A program made the position numbers and the translations under genes. From a virus (taxonomy: Duplodnaviria; Caudoviricetes), in IMG/VR virus record IMGVR_UViG_3300022413_000011, positions 1 through 62,777 of that record: DNA of 62,777 nt; one strand, written 5' to 3'. Positions 1-9,317 of this stretch are shown here, one piece after another. The notes below the pieces were generated by a model, which was not told the DNA's origin, did not search any database, and was given only the letters and a program-made list of their open reading frames with translations. Numbering within the stretch: the first letter of the stretch is position 1; each line of letters opens with the position of its first letter.

Positions 1-22
1 CAAGAGTAGCCACTACGCGGAC

Positions 23-763
23 GTGTGTGAGTATCTCACGGGGGTCTCGGGGGCAAGGGTTGCCAAACGGAAAATACCACCTCGTGCCCATATTGAGAAG
101 AAACCCAGAGAATTCCACTACACACTGAGGGACGTAGATGACTGGCACAAACGGATGGACAAAGAACCCAGGGAGTGGTGCCACGATAGGTACGGTCTCA
201 GCAACGAGACGATGGACCAGTTCGACATTGGTTTGGGGACCTTCAAAGTCCCCTGCAAGGGAGGTGTGTATAGAGCAGAGACACGTATAGTCATACCGTG
301 TAAGCACCATGATGAACTGACAGGTATCAAGATACGCTCATTCCCGGGCGACGCGCCTCCCAAGTATCTCTGGAGAGGCAAAGAGGGACAGACGATTTTT
401 AACCTGGACGCCATTACGGAGGACACTGACCAGGTGATTATCACCGAGGGTGAGATTGATGCAATCAGACTGTGCCAGATGGGGATGCCAGCAATCTCGG
501 CCACCTCCGGTAGTGGACTCTGGAAACAGGAATGGAATGAACACATATCACACGTAAGAAACGTGTTTCTGTGCTTCGACAACGACGAAACTGGCAGAAA
601 GTCGGCAGTTAGGTTCAAGAGACATTTCAGGAGAGCCACGATTCTGGACTGGCTACCCCCTGAACTACAGGGGGAGTACAAGGACATCTCCGAGTTTCTC
701 AGGGTGGAAGAATCTCTTGGAGAGAACTACCTGTGGAGGACGATAGCGAACTCCATGAAATGA
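23..763 (+). CDS. DNA primase, Toprim domain (5'-truncated; frame open to the window edge)
   Basis: Toprim motifs ITEGEIDA and CFDNDETG; C-terminal KDISEF. Confidence 0.9.
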   Translation: MCEYLTGVSGARVAKRKIPPRAHIEKKPREFHYTLRDVDDWHKRMDKEPREWCHDRYGLSNETMDQFDIGLGTFKVPCKGGVYRAETRIVIPCKHHDELTGIKIRSFPGDAPPKYLWRGKEGQTIFNLDAITEDTDQVIITEGEIDAIRLCQMGMPAISATSGSGLWKQEWNEHISHVRNVFLCFDNDETGRKSAVRFKRHFRRATILDWLPPELQGEYKDISEFLRVEESLGENYLWRTIANSMK

Positions 764-777
764 AAAGTTTGCCAAGT

Positions 778-806
778 TTGCTATTAGGAAACAAATGTGT
801 TACAAT
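778..806 (+). promoter_or_regulatory. Sigma70-type promoter
   Basis: TTGCTA-17 bp-TACAAT. Confidence 0.7.
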
Positions 807-811
807 AAGAA

Positions 812-978
812 ACATTGCACGCATCATGCTCTGTGGTGGGGCTGAGATGCGTGAGCAACCATGACTCGTGAATTTTCTTACCTGCCTGTGCAACTCATAT
901 ATGGATACGGTTGCAATCCATATATGAGTCACCACCACCACAGGCACAGGCTGGTAAGAAAGCGCACGAGTTTTTTTG
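812..978 (+). ncRNA. Structured leader RNA, C4/CI antisense-RNA-like architecture, ending in a T-run
   Basis: Nested stems 864-870/965-971, 874-882/953-961, 883-890/939-946, 893-906/916-929; loop and bulge complementary to upstream sequences. Confidence 0.65.
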
Positions 979-992
979 TTCCATGAAAGGAC

Positions 993-1259
993 ATGACCAT
1001 GACAGCAGATATAAACGTCACGAAGATACCAACACACAGCAAGGCCAAAAGCTTGCTGGGGGCAACCATACTGAGAATGTATGGCATAAAGCCCGTCTTT
1101 ACCAACACGGGACACCTGACGAAGAAGAGTCGAGATAAAATTACCGAGGTAGGGTACTACTGGTCCCCCTCTTTGGCCACCTGGGTTTTTAGACCAGAGC
1201 TTGGCAATGGGGACAAGTCCAGAGAGAGATTCCGGCCTGGAAGCAGAATGAAAGGATAA
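993..1259 (+). CDS. Hypothetical protein
   Basis: ORF with GAAAGGA RBS. Confidence 0.6.
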   Translation: MTMTADINVTKIPTHSKAKSLLGATILRMYGIKPVFTNTGHLTKKSRDKITEVGYYWSPSLATWVFRPELGNGDKSRERFRPGSRMKG

Positions 1260-1262
1260 ATC

Positions 1263-1445
1263 ATGGCAAGCAGCAATATAAGCGTTATGGGTGAATGGAA
1301 TAAGGACGATCATTGGGACAAGTTGAGTGACGAGGAGAAACTAACCAGACTGTATAACTACATACGAGAGTGTAATCGCAACTTATTCATGGATAAACCA
1401 GGACTCCAAACTTACGGCGATTACGTAGAGAAGATCAGACGTTGA
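1263..1445 (+). CDS. Hypothetical protein
   Basis: ORF with GAAAGGA RBS, follows the upstream ORF by 3 bp. Confidence 0.65.
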   Translation: MASSNISVMGEWNKDDHWDKLSDEEKLTRLYNYIRECNRNLFMDKPGLQTYGDYVEKIRR

Positions 1446-1471
1446 ACGCGTTGAGTTCGAAAGGATAAATC

Positions 1472-1717
1472 ATGAGCGAATTAGACAAAAAAGTCGAGGA
1501 ATTAAAAGTAGCAAGAATTCAAGCCAGAGACCTCTTGGATAGACTTGCTGCCCAAAAGGTGGCGAGTGACGAGAGATTCCAGGAGGAAAACAAGGACCTT
1601 ATCAAGCAGGAGAACGAGGCGAGTGAGCGCGCGGCCCTGTGCTACGAGAAACTGAGAGATGTGGCGATAGAGGCTTACAGGGAAAACCCCTCCACACTCG
1701 AACCAGAAGAGAGATGA
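1472..1717 (+). CDS. Hypothetical coiled-coil protein
   Basis: GAAAGGA RBS; E/K/R-rich heptads. Confidence 0.7.
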   Translation: MSELDKKVEELKVARIQARDLLDRLAAQKVASDERFQEENKDLIKQENEASERAALCYEKLRDVAIEAYRENPSTLEPEER

Positions 1718-1767
1718 GCGACCTGGATTGGGCTGAATGGATAGAGGAGTTTTTCGTGAGGTGATTT

Positions 1768-2976
1768 ATGAGCACATACAGAGTAGTACACAACAAGGAT
1801 AACCCATACTACATAAAGAGCAGGATTGCTCCAAACGACCCACTCCTGTCTTTCAAGGCGAAGGGTATCCATGACTGGCTTATGTCAAAACCTGATGACT
1901 GGTTGGTCATCATGGATGTAATCATAAAAGCATCCTCAGATGGCGAAACGTCTGTTCGGTCTGGCATCAAGGAACTTGAGGCGCACGGCTATGTTCAGCG
2001 CAGACGCGTCACTGACGAAAAAACCGGCAAGGTTCTGAGGTGGGAAACTCATGTATTTGAGTCCCCACAGGAACCAGATCCAAACCTGGCAGAAGACAAT
2101 GAACCAGATGTTGATTATCCAGATGTGGAAAACCCACATGTGGATAACCCAGATGTGGATAATCAAGCCCTACTAAGTAAAGATATACAAAGTAAAGATA
2201 AACTAAGTAAAAAGATTGGCGCTGCTGACGCAGACGCATCTTTGGACCTGGAAAATTTGGAAGATGAAGAAAAGCTAGCAGAGGTATCCCTTTCTTCTGC
2301 TAGTTCTTCTGAAGATGATGACACCGAAGAAACTCCGACTGAAGATGCAGTTGATGAGAACGCGCCCGACCACATCGGACCTACCGGGCTCCCGGAGTCG
2401 GAGAGACCCAACGACAAGAACGGGAAACCTCTAACGGATATCCAGTGGTATCTCAAGGAGTGGGCAGAGGCACAGGGAACTGACCCCACGAAATTGAATG
2501 GACAGGGTCCGCGCCAGTCTGCTGGTGCAAAGAACCTCCTGCAAAACGAGATTTCGATACCAGAGATGGTTCGCGCAATCAACGTTATGAAGCGCGACAA
2601 TTTCAACACTGGTCGCACCATCAGTTTTCAGGAGGTGGTCAAGGATGCCCCGGCCATCCTGCAAATAGACATCCCACTGACAAAGGAGCAGCAGGACATT
2701 GAGGATTTGATGTACAGACTCACCTCCAGAGATAAGGAGACAGCCAGCAAGGATGACTACCTGACAATCAAGAGGGCAGCAGTCATCCTTCAGGGGAAGG
2801 GATGCACATTTGAAACCATGACAGAGTGGTATCAGACATGGGTTAAGGCTTATGGGGTGGTCGTGAGACCAACCCCGTCGAGCGCACAGCAGAAATTGTG
2901 TGCATTCATAGATGATAAGAATGGCAACCCGTTTGACGATGCCCCCAAGAAGGAAACCAAGTGGGGCGAACTGTAA
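1768..2976 (+). CDS. Phage replication initiator (N-terminal HTH, PDVENP-type repeats, acidic linker)
   Basis: LSFKAKGIHDWLMSKPDDW...GIKELEAHGYV winged-helix pattern typical of phage replisome organisers; GAGGTG RBS. Confidence 0.8.
   Translation: MSTYRVVHNKDNPYYIKSRIAPNDPLLSFKAKGIHDWLMSKPDDWLVIMDVIIKASSDGETSVRSGIKELEAHGYVQRRRVTDEKTGKVLRWETHVFESPQEPDPNLAEDNEPDVDYPDVENPHVDNPDVDNQALLSKDIQSKDKLSKKIGAADADASLDLENLEDEEKLAEVSLSSASSSEDDDTEETPTEDAVDENAPDHIGPTGLPESERPNDKNGKPLTDIQWYLKEWAEAQGTDPTKLNGQGPRQSAGAKNLLQNEISIPEMVRAINVMKRDNFNTGRTISFQEVVKDAPAILQIDIPLTKEQQDIEDLMYRLTSRDKETASKDDYLTIKRAAVILQGKGCTFETMTEWYQTWVKAYGVVVRPTPSSAQQKLCAFIDDKNGNPFDDAPKKETKWGEL
2104..2216. repeat. Putative origin: four 15-bp iterons with DnaA boxes, then an AT-rich repeat
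   Basis: CCAGATGTTGATTAT/CCAGATGTGGAAAAC/CCACATGTGGATAAC/CCAGATGTGGATAAT; TGTGGATAA at 2139 and 2154; AAGTAAA x3 downstream. Confidence 0.65.
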
Positions 2977-3004
2977 TTTCCTACATAGGAAGAAAGGACG
3001 AGTC

Positions 3005-3424
3005 ATGTCGGCAGATAAGAAAAGTGGTGAGATACTCGATCTCAACAAGCAAATGGAATCCAATTGGACTCAACTGTCCAATGAGATTGACCGTCTAATC
3101 GGAACCATGTTTGGATACGCAGGTGAGATTCAACAAATTGTAGACGCATCACACTCAAACCTACCCATGAGTGACCTGGAAGCATCCATTGCAGACGCAT
3201 ACAGCACTGCTGAGTCTCTATCGAAGGAACTGGGGGTAGGTGGCACCATGACCATCACATTCCCTGACTTTGGTTCCGTCCTTGGCTACGTGACGGTGTG
3301 GGTTTCAACAGGGGAGGATGTCACACCGTACAAGGGCGCATCTCTCATTGATGCACTTCGCGCTGCATCCCGTGGCGTGGGGGAGCAAATAGAGGCCCTG
3401 GACAAGCAAAGAAGCCCCTTTTAA
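3005..3424 (+). CDS. Hypothetical protein
   Basis: ATG 3005 preceded by GAAAGGA. Confidence 0.7.
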   Translation: MSADKKSGEILDLNKQMESNWTQLSNEIDRLIGTMFGYAGEIQQIVDASHSNLPMSDLEASIADAYSTAESLSKELGVGGTMTITFPDFGSVLGYVTVWVSTGEDVTPYKGASLIDALRAASRGVGEQIEALDKQRSPF

Positions 3425-3488
3425 TGTATTTGTACCACGCGGGCTAAAAAGCCCCGTGTAGAGCCCCTGGTGGGGTCACGGAGGACGT

Positions 3489-4592
3489 ATGGACACGAAG
3501 GTGTTAGGAAAAATACTAAAAGCTTGCGCGGCTGTCGCACCAAAGCGCAGCGCAATGGCCACGGGACCGATGGTGCGACTAAGTGTCGAGGACGGAATGT
3601 TGGAAGCGTCGGCAACCGACCTCCAGGTGGGTGTTGTGGTAATTACCGACACCGATTTACCAGACCTTGATGTGTGTGTCAATGCTGAAATGCTGCATAA
3701 GTTCGTAGATAGCATTCAGGGAGAAGAGGTGTCAGCAAAAATCACCCGAGGGAAACTTCTTGTGGAGGGAGGGGGCATTAGAGCAACGTTCCCCACTATG
3801 GACGGTGGGGACTTCCCCAGAATCGGTGGCAACAACGATGGTGAGCTTCTGGAGAATGCCCCTATCGGGCTGATAGACGCGCTCCTGGGGTGCTTCGAGA
3901 CAACAACCAAGAGTGGCGCGCAATCACTCATGGGCGCGTGTATTGAGGCATCCCCCGGGATGATAAGAATCATGAGCAGCGAGTCAGGGGCGATAAACTC
4001 CCTGGCTAGCACAGCGTATGATGGTGAGGCGCGCGGAGAGTTCATCGTGATGCCCACCACGGCCATCAAGACGGCCCTGGCAATGGTGGGAGATGAACCA
4101 GAGGAGAGGATGGTTCTGTCACCCACGACTATCCTGCTTCACTTTACCGGAAATGGATACACGGCGAAGGTGTACTCACAGACTGTTGACGCGCGGTTCC
4201 CATGCAGTACCTTCCACACATTCTTTGAGCTACCAGGTTCTTGGTCGTGTACGGCAGACTTGGGGCATATAAATCACACTCTCAAGTCATCCAAGGCGTT
4301 GGGTGCGGAGAAAGTGGTTCTATCTCTCTCCAAGGATGGGGGAGAAATCGAGTCGGTAGCCAACAACGGCTCCCCATCTTGTAAGGGCAAGTTCGGTGTC
4401 TCCGAGTATCTCGGGGATGACGAGTATATGGCCACGATGTCTTTGCCGTACCTAACCAAGGTTATGATGGATGGTGACGGTGGTGATGAGATAGACATTT
4501 TTGTGGACCCGCGCGGCATCATCAAATCAGTCGTTGATGATGGCCACGTCAACATGCGCAGAATCCTGATGCCAGTGACAGGTGGTGCGTGA
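3489..4592 (+). CDS. dnaN: DNA polymerase III beta sliding clamp-like protein
   Basis: 367 aa; LEASATDLQVGV, FPTMDGGDFP, VDARFP and terminal ILMPV match beta-clamp landmarks. Confidence 0.8.
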   Translation: MDTKVLGKILKACAAVAPKRSAMATGPMVRLSVEDGMLEASATDLQVGVVVITDTDLPDLDVCVNAEMLHKFVDSIQGEEVSAKITRGKLLVEGGGIRATFPTMDGGDFPRIGGNNDGELLENAPIGLIDALLGCFETTTKSGAQSLMGACIEASPGMIRIMSSESGAINSLASTAYDGEARGEFIVMPTTAIKTALAMVGDEPEERMVLSPTTILLHFTGNGYTAKVYSQTVDARFPCSTFHTFFELPGSWSCTADLGHINHTLKSSKALGAEKVVLSLSKDGGEIESVANNGSPSCKGKFGVSEYLGDDEYMATMSLPYLTKVMMDGDGGDEIDIFVDPRGIIKSVVDDGHVNMRRILMPVTGGA

Positions 4593-5281
4593 TGCCAAGA
4601 AATCTTGTTCTTCCCCAGCAGCAGTCTACCGTGTTTGATATGTTCGGGGTCGATGCCCCAGAGGGGTTTGCTCCAAAGGTGGACAAAATGAGTCCGGCCA
4701 TGAGCTTCTCGTTCGACCAGGATGAGATACTCCTGTGGGTTATGGCGCTCTTTAATGATGGCGACAGGTTCGACATAGACGCCACCTACGGGAAAGGAAA
4801 CTTCTACTCTGGCAAGGTGCCGAAACCGGCTAGAATCTTTGATGCCGAGCCACAGCCAGGAACGGGGGCAGAGCAAGGATTCTCATACGCTCTGCCCCTA
4901 GAGGATGCCTCTGTTGGAAGCATCGTATACGACCCCCCGTTCCTCCCTTACACCAGTGAGGGGAGTGTTATCAAGGAGCACTTTCGTCAATACTCGTCGT
5001 ACGGCGCTTTGCGCGAAGACTGGTCAAGGTCGATGGATGAGTTCTGGAGAGTGTTGAGGCCAGGAGGATTCGTTCTGTTCAAATATCAGAACAGCGTCTC
5101 GTCAGGAAGCAACGTGTGGTTGGAAGACTGGCTGCGTCCCTACTGTTACCTGGGGGGATGGAAAAGAAAGGATGCGTTTTTTCTAATGAGCACATCAACA
5201 ATCAATCACTACCCGGGGGGAATGCAGTATCATGCACGAAAAGGCGTCAGCTTTTTTGACGTGTGGGAGAAGCCAAAATAA
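4589..5281 (+). CDS. DNA amino-methyltransferase (N6A/N4C type)
   Basis: IDATYGKG SAM-binding motif, YDPPF catalytic motif, RVLRPGG. Confidence 0.85.
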   Translation: MMPRNLVLPQQQSTVFDMFGVDAPEGFAPKVDKMSPAMSFSFDQDEILLWVMALFNDGDRFDIDATYGKGNFYSGKVPKPARIFDAEPQPGTGAEQGFSYALPLEDASVGSIVYDPPFLPYTSEGSVIKEHFRQYSSYGALREDWSRSMDEFWRVLRPGGFVLFKYQNSVSSGSNVWLEDWLRPYCYLGGWKRKDAFFLMSTSTINHYPGGMQYHARKGVSFFDVWEKPK

Positions 5282-5373
5282 TGGAGAGCAGCATAGGACC
5301 AACACTAGCCAACTTCCTGATGATTCTCGGATTGATTGTATGGATGTTGGTTGAATGGAGTAGCTATGAGTAG
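5281..5373 (+). CDS. Small single-TM peptide (30 aa)
   Basis: TAATG coupling to the methyltransferase; MESSIGPTLANFLMILGLIVWMLVEWSSYE. Confidence 0.45.
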   Translation: MESSIGPTLANFLMILGLIVWMLVEWSSYE

Positions 5374-6832
5374 CACGAGCACAATGCCAAATTTTGTAGT
5401 GGGTGATGAAGCTGATGTCAACCTAGTAAAGGCCACGGAGGAGTGCGCGGAGCATTTGGTGGCTGCTCTGTGGTACGACTTGAAAAGTGTTCCGTGGGTT
5501 ATGGAACACCTTAAGCCAGATGTGTTCCGCGCGGCCCTGCCCGGGCCGTGTGCTATGGTGTACAGCGAGATGGTGCGATTGCAAATCTCTGGTCAGCTAA
5601 ATCCTGGTCAGCTAAAAAACTCCCTGATAAAGCAAGCAGTCGATATGGAATGGCTATCCAGGGTGCAAAATGATGTAGACATTTACACTTCACAGGAGAT
5701 GCACGATTTCTCAATGGAGGTCATCAACCTCCATCAGGTGAACGTGTTGAGGGGGATTCTGTCTGAGGGTTCTAAATCCCTGGCGCAAACCGACGCGGAC
5801 GCACCCGAGGTTGCTGGAGTCGTGGTGTCGGCTATCACGGCACTGGGCTCCGACATAGACGGGGACGTAGAGGACGTAGGGAAAATAACAAGCAGGTTAC
5901 GAGCCCAGCACGGGCAACGAATTCTTGGCAATGACCCCGTGGTGAGAACCGGAATAGCTTCACTGGACTCGAGGCTATCCATGAAGAACGGTGGGCTCTA
6001 CCTGTTTGTAGCAGAACCAAGTATGGGTAAAACGGCTTTTGTTAGACGTATTATATACAACGTGGCAAAGGCAATTGAGTATCCTGAAGAAGAATGCGTG
6101 ATGGTGTTTTCAATGGATGACACTCCAGACGAATTCATACACATGATGGCCTGTTCGGTAGCTAACGTCGATAGCACCAGGCTGGACCAGAATACCCAGG
6201 ACCAGGAGGAGGACGATGCGTACCTCTTGGCCCTGGATGAGATTGAGAGTCTGCCAATCAAGGTCTCTGGGATGCAGACGATGTCTCCAGATGTGGACAC
6301 ATTATTTTATGAGGCGTCGATGGTTAACGCACAGAAGAGTATCAAGCTATGCGTGATTGACTATATGAGTCAGCTATCTGTAAAGACAGAGAGAGGGTCG
6401 AGCGAGACGAGAATATATCAGCGCATTGCCCAGGGGTGTAAGAGCATGGGGAGAATACTCAATTTCCCAACCATTCTTCTTCACCATCTCAATAAATCTG
6501 TGGTATCGAGCGACGACAAGGTGCCAAGGCCAGATGATATTCCCTACAGTGGGTTCAGGGAATCCACTGCTATTCTCGGAATAATGAGACCGGACCAGTA
6601 CAAAAAGAATAGCGAGAGCGTCGAGATAGATGAGCCCTGGGAGAAGGATGTTGTGGTACTCAACCTGATGAAGAACAAGTTTGGGACTCTTCACAAGTTT
6701 GTTATGGGCTGGTATGGCCCGTACACAGGGTTCTACGATTTCGCTGAACCACAAGAACGCGCGGACTATATCCACCTGACGGGCAACAGGCCCGCGGTGA
6801 GTCTGTTTGACATAAGATTTGGGAACAACTAA
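5366..6832 (+). CDS. dnaB: DnaB-like replicative helicase (divergent)
   Basis: TGIASLD, Walker A AEPSMGKT, Walker B CVIDYMSQL, KNKFG; start uncertain (5336/5366/5384). Confidence 0.85.
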   Translation: MSSTSTMPNFVVGDEADVNLVKATEECAEHLVAALWYDLKSVPWVMEHLKPDVFRAALPGPCAMVYSEMVRLQISGQLNPGQLKNSLIKQAVDMEWLSRVQNDVDIYTSQEMHDFSMEVINLHQVNVLRGILSEGSKSLAQTDADAPEVAGVVVSAITALGSDIDGDVEDVGKITSRLRAQHGQRILGNDPVVRTGIASLDSRLSMKNGGLYLFVAEPSMGKTAFVRRIIYNVAKAIEYPEEECVMVFSMDDTPDEFIHMMACSVANVDSTRLDQNTQDQEEDDAYLLALDEIESLPIKVSGMQTMSPDVDTLFYEASMVNAQKSIKLCVIDYMSQLSVKTERGSSETRIYQRIAQGCKSMGRILNFPTILLHHLNKSVVSSDDKVPRPDDIPYSGFRESTAILGIMRPDQYKKNSESVEIDEPWEKDVVVLNLMKNKFGTLHKFVMGWYGPYTGFYDFAEPQERADYIHLTGNRPAVSLFDIRFGNN

Positions 6833-6843
6833 CAGGAGGAAAC

Positions 6844-7083
6844 ATGGAAAAACTTGGTATATTTATCAACGGAGACAACTGCTGGCCAGACCTGAAGATG
6901 TTAGAGCATAAAACTGTGAGGGAAAAACTTAGTGGAATTGCCAGGATCCCTGGTGGAATGGCATCCGGGAAATCGTCTGTGACCTTCAGGGTTGATTTGC
7001 CTGACGGGGGAGTAGTTTTGGCTCAGACAAGTATGGACCTATTCCTGTACGCGGCAATGTTGTTTTCTGACGTGGAGGAATAA
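6844..7083 (+). CDS. Hypothetical protein
   Basis: AGGAGG RBS. Confidence 0.7.
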   Translation: MEKLGIFINGDNCWPDLKMLEHKTVREKLSGIARIPGGMASGKSSVTFRVDLPDGGVVLAQTSMDLFLYAAMLFSDVEE

Positions 7084-7086
7084 ACA

Positions 7087-7590
7087 ATGGGTGAAATGAT
7101 TGTAGTAGCAGATGCAGAAGTGGAGTGTGTTAGTTGTGGCTCCATTGCGAACGTAGTAGTTTTGGATACAGGTGTCCTCACGTGCGTATCGTGCAACGGG
7201 GAGGGGTCTCGTGACCAGCTTGGTGACTGTGAGTCCGGTCTTGCTCTTTTCGCTGAAATTGTCCACAAAACCAGTCTGAGAATTGGCTGGTGGGACGACA
7301 AGAGTCATCTCCTTGGCTCCCGAGACCCCATGATAGCCCCAAAGGATGTGATGGCAGAGGTGGCACAGATTCACAAGGAACTCTCTGAATCCGTCGAAGC
7401 ACTGGCGCACGGAAACCCAGAAGATAAGCACTTGAGGTGTACCCCGTCGTTTCTGGTTGAACTCGTGGACGCAGCGATAAGAATACTGGACCTCGCGGAG
7501 GGAATTTACCCCGGCAAGGTCGGTGAAACCCTGGTAGAAAAACACGTATACAACAGAACGAGGGAGTACAAACACGGGAAGCTCCTATGA
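7087..7590 (+). CDS. MazG-like NTP pyrophosphohydrolase with N-terminal Zn ribbon
   Basis: ELSESVEAL...ELVDAAIRILDL acidic motifs; two CxxC; terminal NRTREYKHGK. Confidence 0.75.
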   Translation: MGEMIVVADAEVECVSCGSIANVVVLDTGVLTCVSCNGEGSRDQLGDCESGLALFAEIVHKTSLRIGWWDDKSHLLGSRDPMIAPKDVMAEVAQIHKELSESVEALAHGNPEDKHLRCTPSFLVELVDAAIRILDLAEGIYPGKVGETLVEKHVYNRTREYKHGKLL

Positions 7591-8345
7591 ACCAAATAGT
7601 TTCTACCGATGGTGATGTGTTGGACAAAGATAGGACAGGTCTGACCATAAACGGGTGGGTTCCTGGCAAGGGGCTCACCCTAGAGGTGTGGGGAAACCAG
7701 TTTGGCCTGTGTTCTCTCTTGCCAGAGACATCGCGAATCGCAATGGGCGACATGATACTGTACGCAGAAAACAATTTTGGGGACACGTACACGGATTTTT
7801 GCGACATGTGGAACAGACCCCTGTCCACCCTGGCGAATTACGTGTCCTGCGCGAAACACGTCCCAATGGAGGTGAGAAAGTTTCACCTTGGACTCCTGTA
7901 CAGTCACCACCTACAGGTAGCCAGAATCCACATGATAAAGCCACTTCCAGTTGACTGGAAGTCAATCCAAAATAGACTTTTAGTCAATGCAGCAGACAAC
8001 AGGATGACGGTAAGAGAGCTTGCCCTCCTTGTAGACAAGGAGGTGGAAAGACTTACACCCAAAGATAATCGCTCCAAGGATGAAAGACTCCGGTTAAACA
8101 TGGAGACCGTCATGGTCAATGGCGAGGAACCCGTCACCGTTGACCATGCCCTGAAATCCGTAATGCCCAGCACGGACAACGTGCCAGAGAGACACAAGGA
8201 CAATGATTGGGTCGCGGCCCTGGTTCTGTACTACTCCAGGGTGACGGACATGAGCAGAGAGCAAGCCTTGCGTGGGCTTGCCAGAAGCATGTTGTCTCAT
8301 TTGAGGCAGGAAGGACTACTGGACGATGATAGCAGAGATGGTTAA
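7587..8345 (+). CDS. Putative DNA-binding protein, LmbU-like N-terminus
   Basis: MGDMILYAENNFGDTY and YSHHLQVA resemble LmbU-family motifs. Confidence 0.5.
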   Translation: MNQIVSTDGDVLDKDRTGLTINGWVPGKGLTLEVWGNQFGLCSLLPETSRIAMGDMILYAENNFGDTYTDFCDMWNRPLSTLANYVSCAKHVPMEVRKFHLGLLYSHHLQVARIHMIKPLPVDWKSIQNRLLVNAADNRMTVRELALLVDKEVERLTPKDNRSKDERLRLNMETVMVNGEEPVTVDHALKSVMPSTDNVPERHKDNDWVAALVLYYSRVTDMSREQALRGLARSMLSHLRQEGLLDDDSRDG

Positions 8346-9090
8346 GGAAGCCAGAAAGAAGGCTGACTACACCCAGACTCATTTGGCTAACTTGATGGGA
8401 TATGGGGTTAGCACACAGCGTAGGTACGAGGACGGAACATCGTCCCCGAGCATGGAGACGCTCGTCAACATCATGCTGGTGTGCAACCAGAATCCCGTCG
8501 TTGCGCTGTATTATGCCCTCTCCCCAGAGCAAAGGGAAAGCCTGGGGACAATAACCCGATACGCGCTGGAAGAAGAGGGACAGAACTTTACGATGTCTCA
8601 CGGGTACGAATATGTCGTTCTCGTAAGGAAGGTCGTATCTGGAAACCACCAGTTTTTAGTTCTACGTACGCCAGAGAACAGGATGGACCTGGCCCTGGCG
8701 TGGTCCCAGTGGGCCACAGAAGGTGACTGGGAACTCCTGCATACTGGAGACGTGATTGACTTCGCGACAGTGAAGACGCACGACCCCCAAGCGTTGTATG
8801 ACAATCCGAAAGGGGAAACCATTCCCATAAAACCTATGACTCGAGATATTGTGTCTCTGTCAGACATCCCTGCCGACAGAAGGGCTCCCAAAATAGGGGA
8901 CTGGTACGCGGAACTGAGCCACATGGCAACATCTCTGCCCTACTGTGATTCAAACGAAGAGTTTGTAGACGCCGCGGGAAGCATCCTCGGGTTACTCGCG
9001 GCCATCTCCAGAAGTAGAGGAATGAGCCTGATTCAGGTGGGGCGCACGTATCTGAAGAATATCACTAGCACGAGAGGGGGGGAATGGTGA
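8326..9090 (+). CDS. XRE-family HTH protein with uncharacterised C-terminus
   Basis: ARKKADYTQTHLANLMGYGVSTQRRYEDGTSSPS. Confidence 0.75.
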   Translation: MIAEMVKEARKKADYTQTHLANLMGYGVSTQRRYEDGTSSPSMETLVNIMLVCNQNPVVALYYALSPEQRESLGTITRYALEEEGQNFTMSHGYEYVVLVRKVVSGNHQFLVLRTPENRMDLALAWSQWATEGDWELLHTGDVIDFATVKTHDPQALYDNPKGETIPIKPMTRDIVSLSDIPADRRAPKIGDWYAELSHMATSLPYCDSNEEFVDAAGSILGLLAAISRSRGMSLIQVGRTYLKNITSTRGGEW

Positions 9091-9317
9091 ACAATCTTCT
9101 GAATGGACCGTACCGGATTGGTGGACTTGTGGACTATGACGATAGTGACCCGAACAGCAGAGGACCATTTGTAATCATTGTGTCTGACTACGTGGACGGA
9201 AACGTGGCAGACGTGTACGGGGAAACCATCGTGAAAGCCGAGAAAATGGCCAAGAGTATCGTTGGCCTATTGAATACAATAGAGAACGTGAAGCGTGGAG
9301 GAAAATCTAATGTTTAA
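9084..9317 (+). CDS. Hypothetical protein
   Basis: Coupled ORF with GAGGGG RBS. Confidence 0.65.
   Translation: MVNNLLNGPYRIGGLVDYDDSDPNSRGPFVIIVSDYVDGNVADVYGETIVKAEKMAKSIVGLLNTIENVKRGGKSNV

Noticed and set aside
3436-3458. Terminator before the beta-clamp gene
   Set aside because: Short imperfect stem with no U-tract
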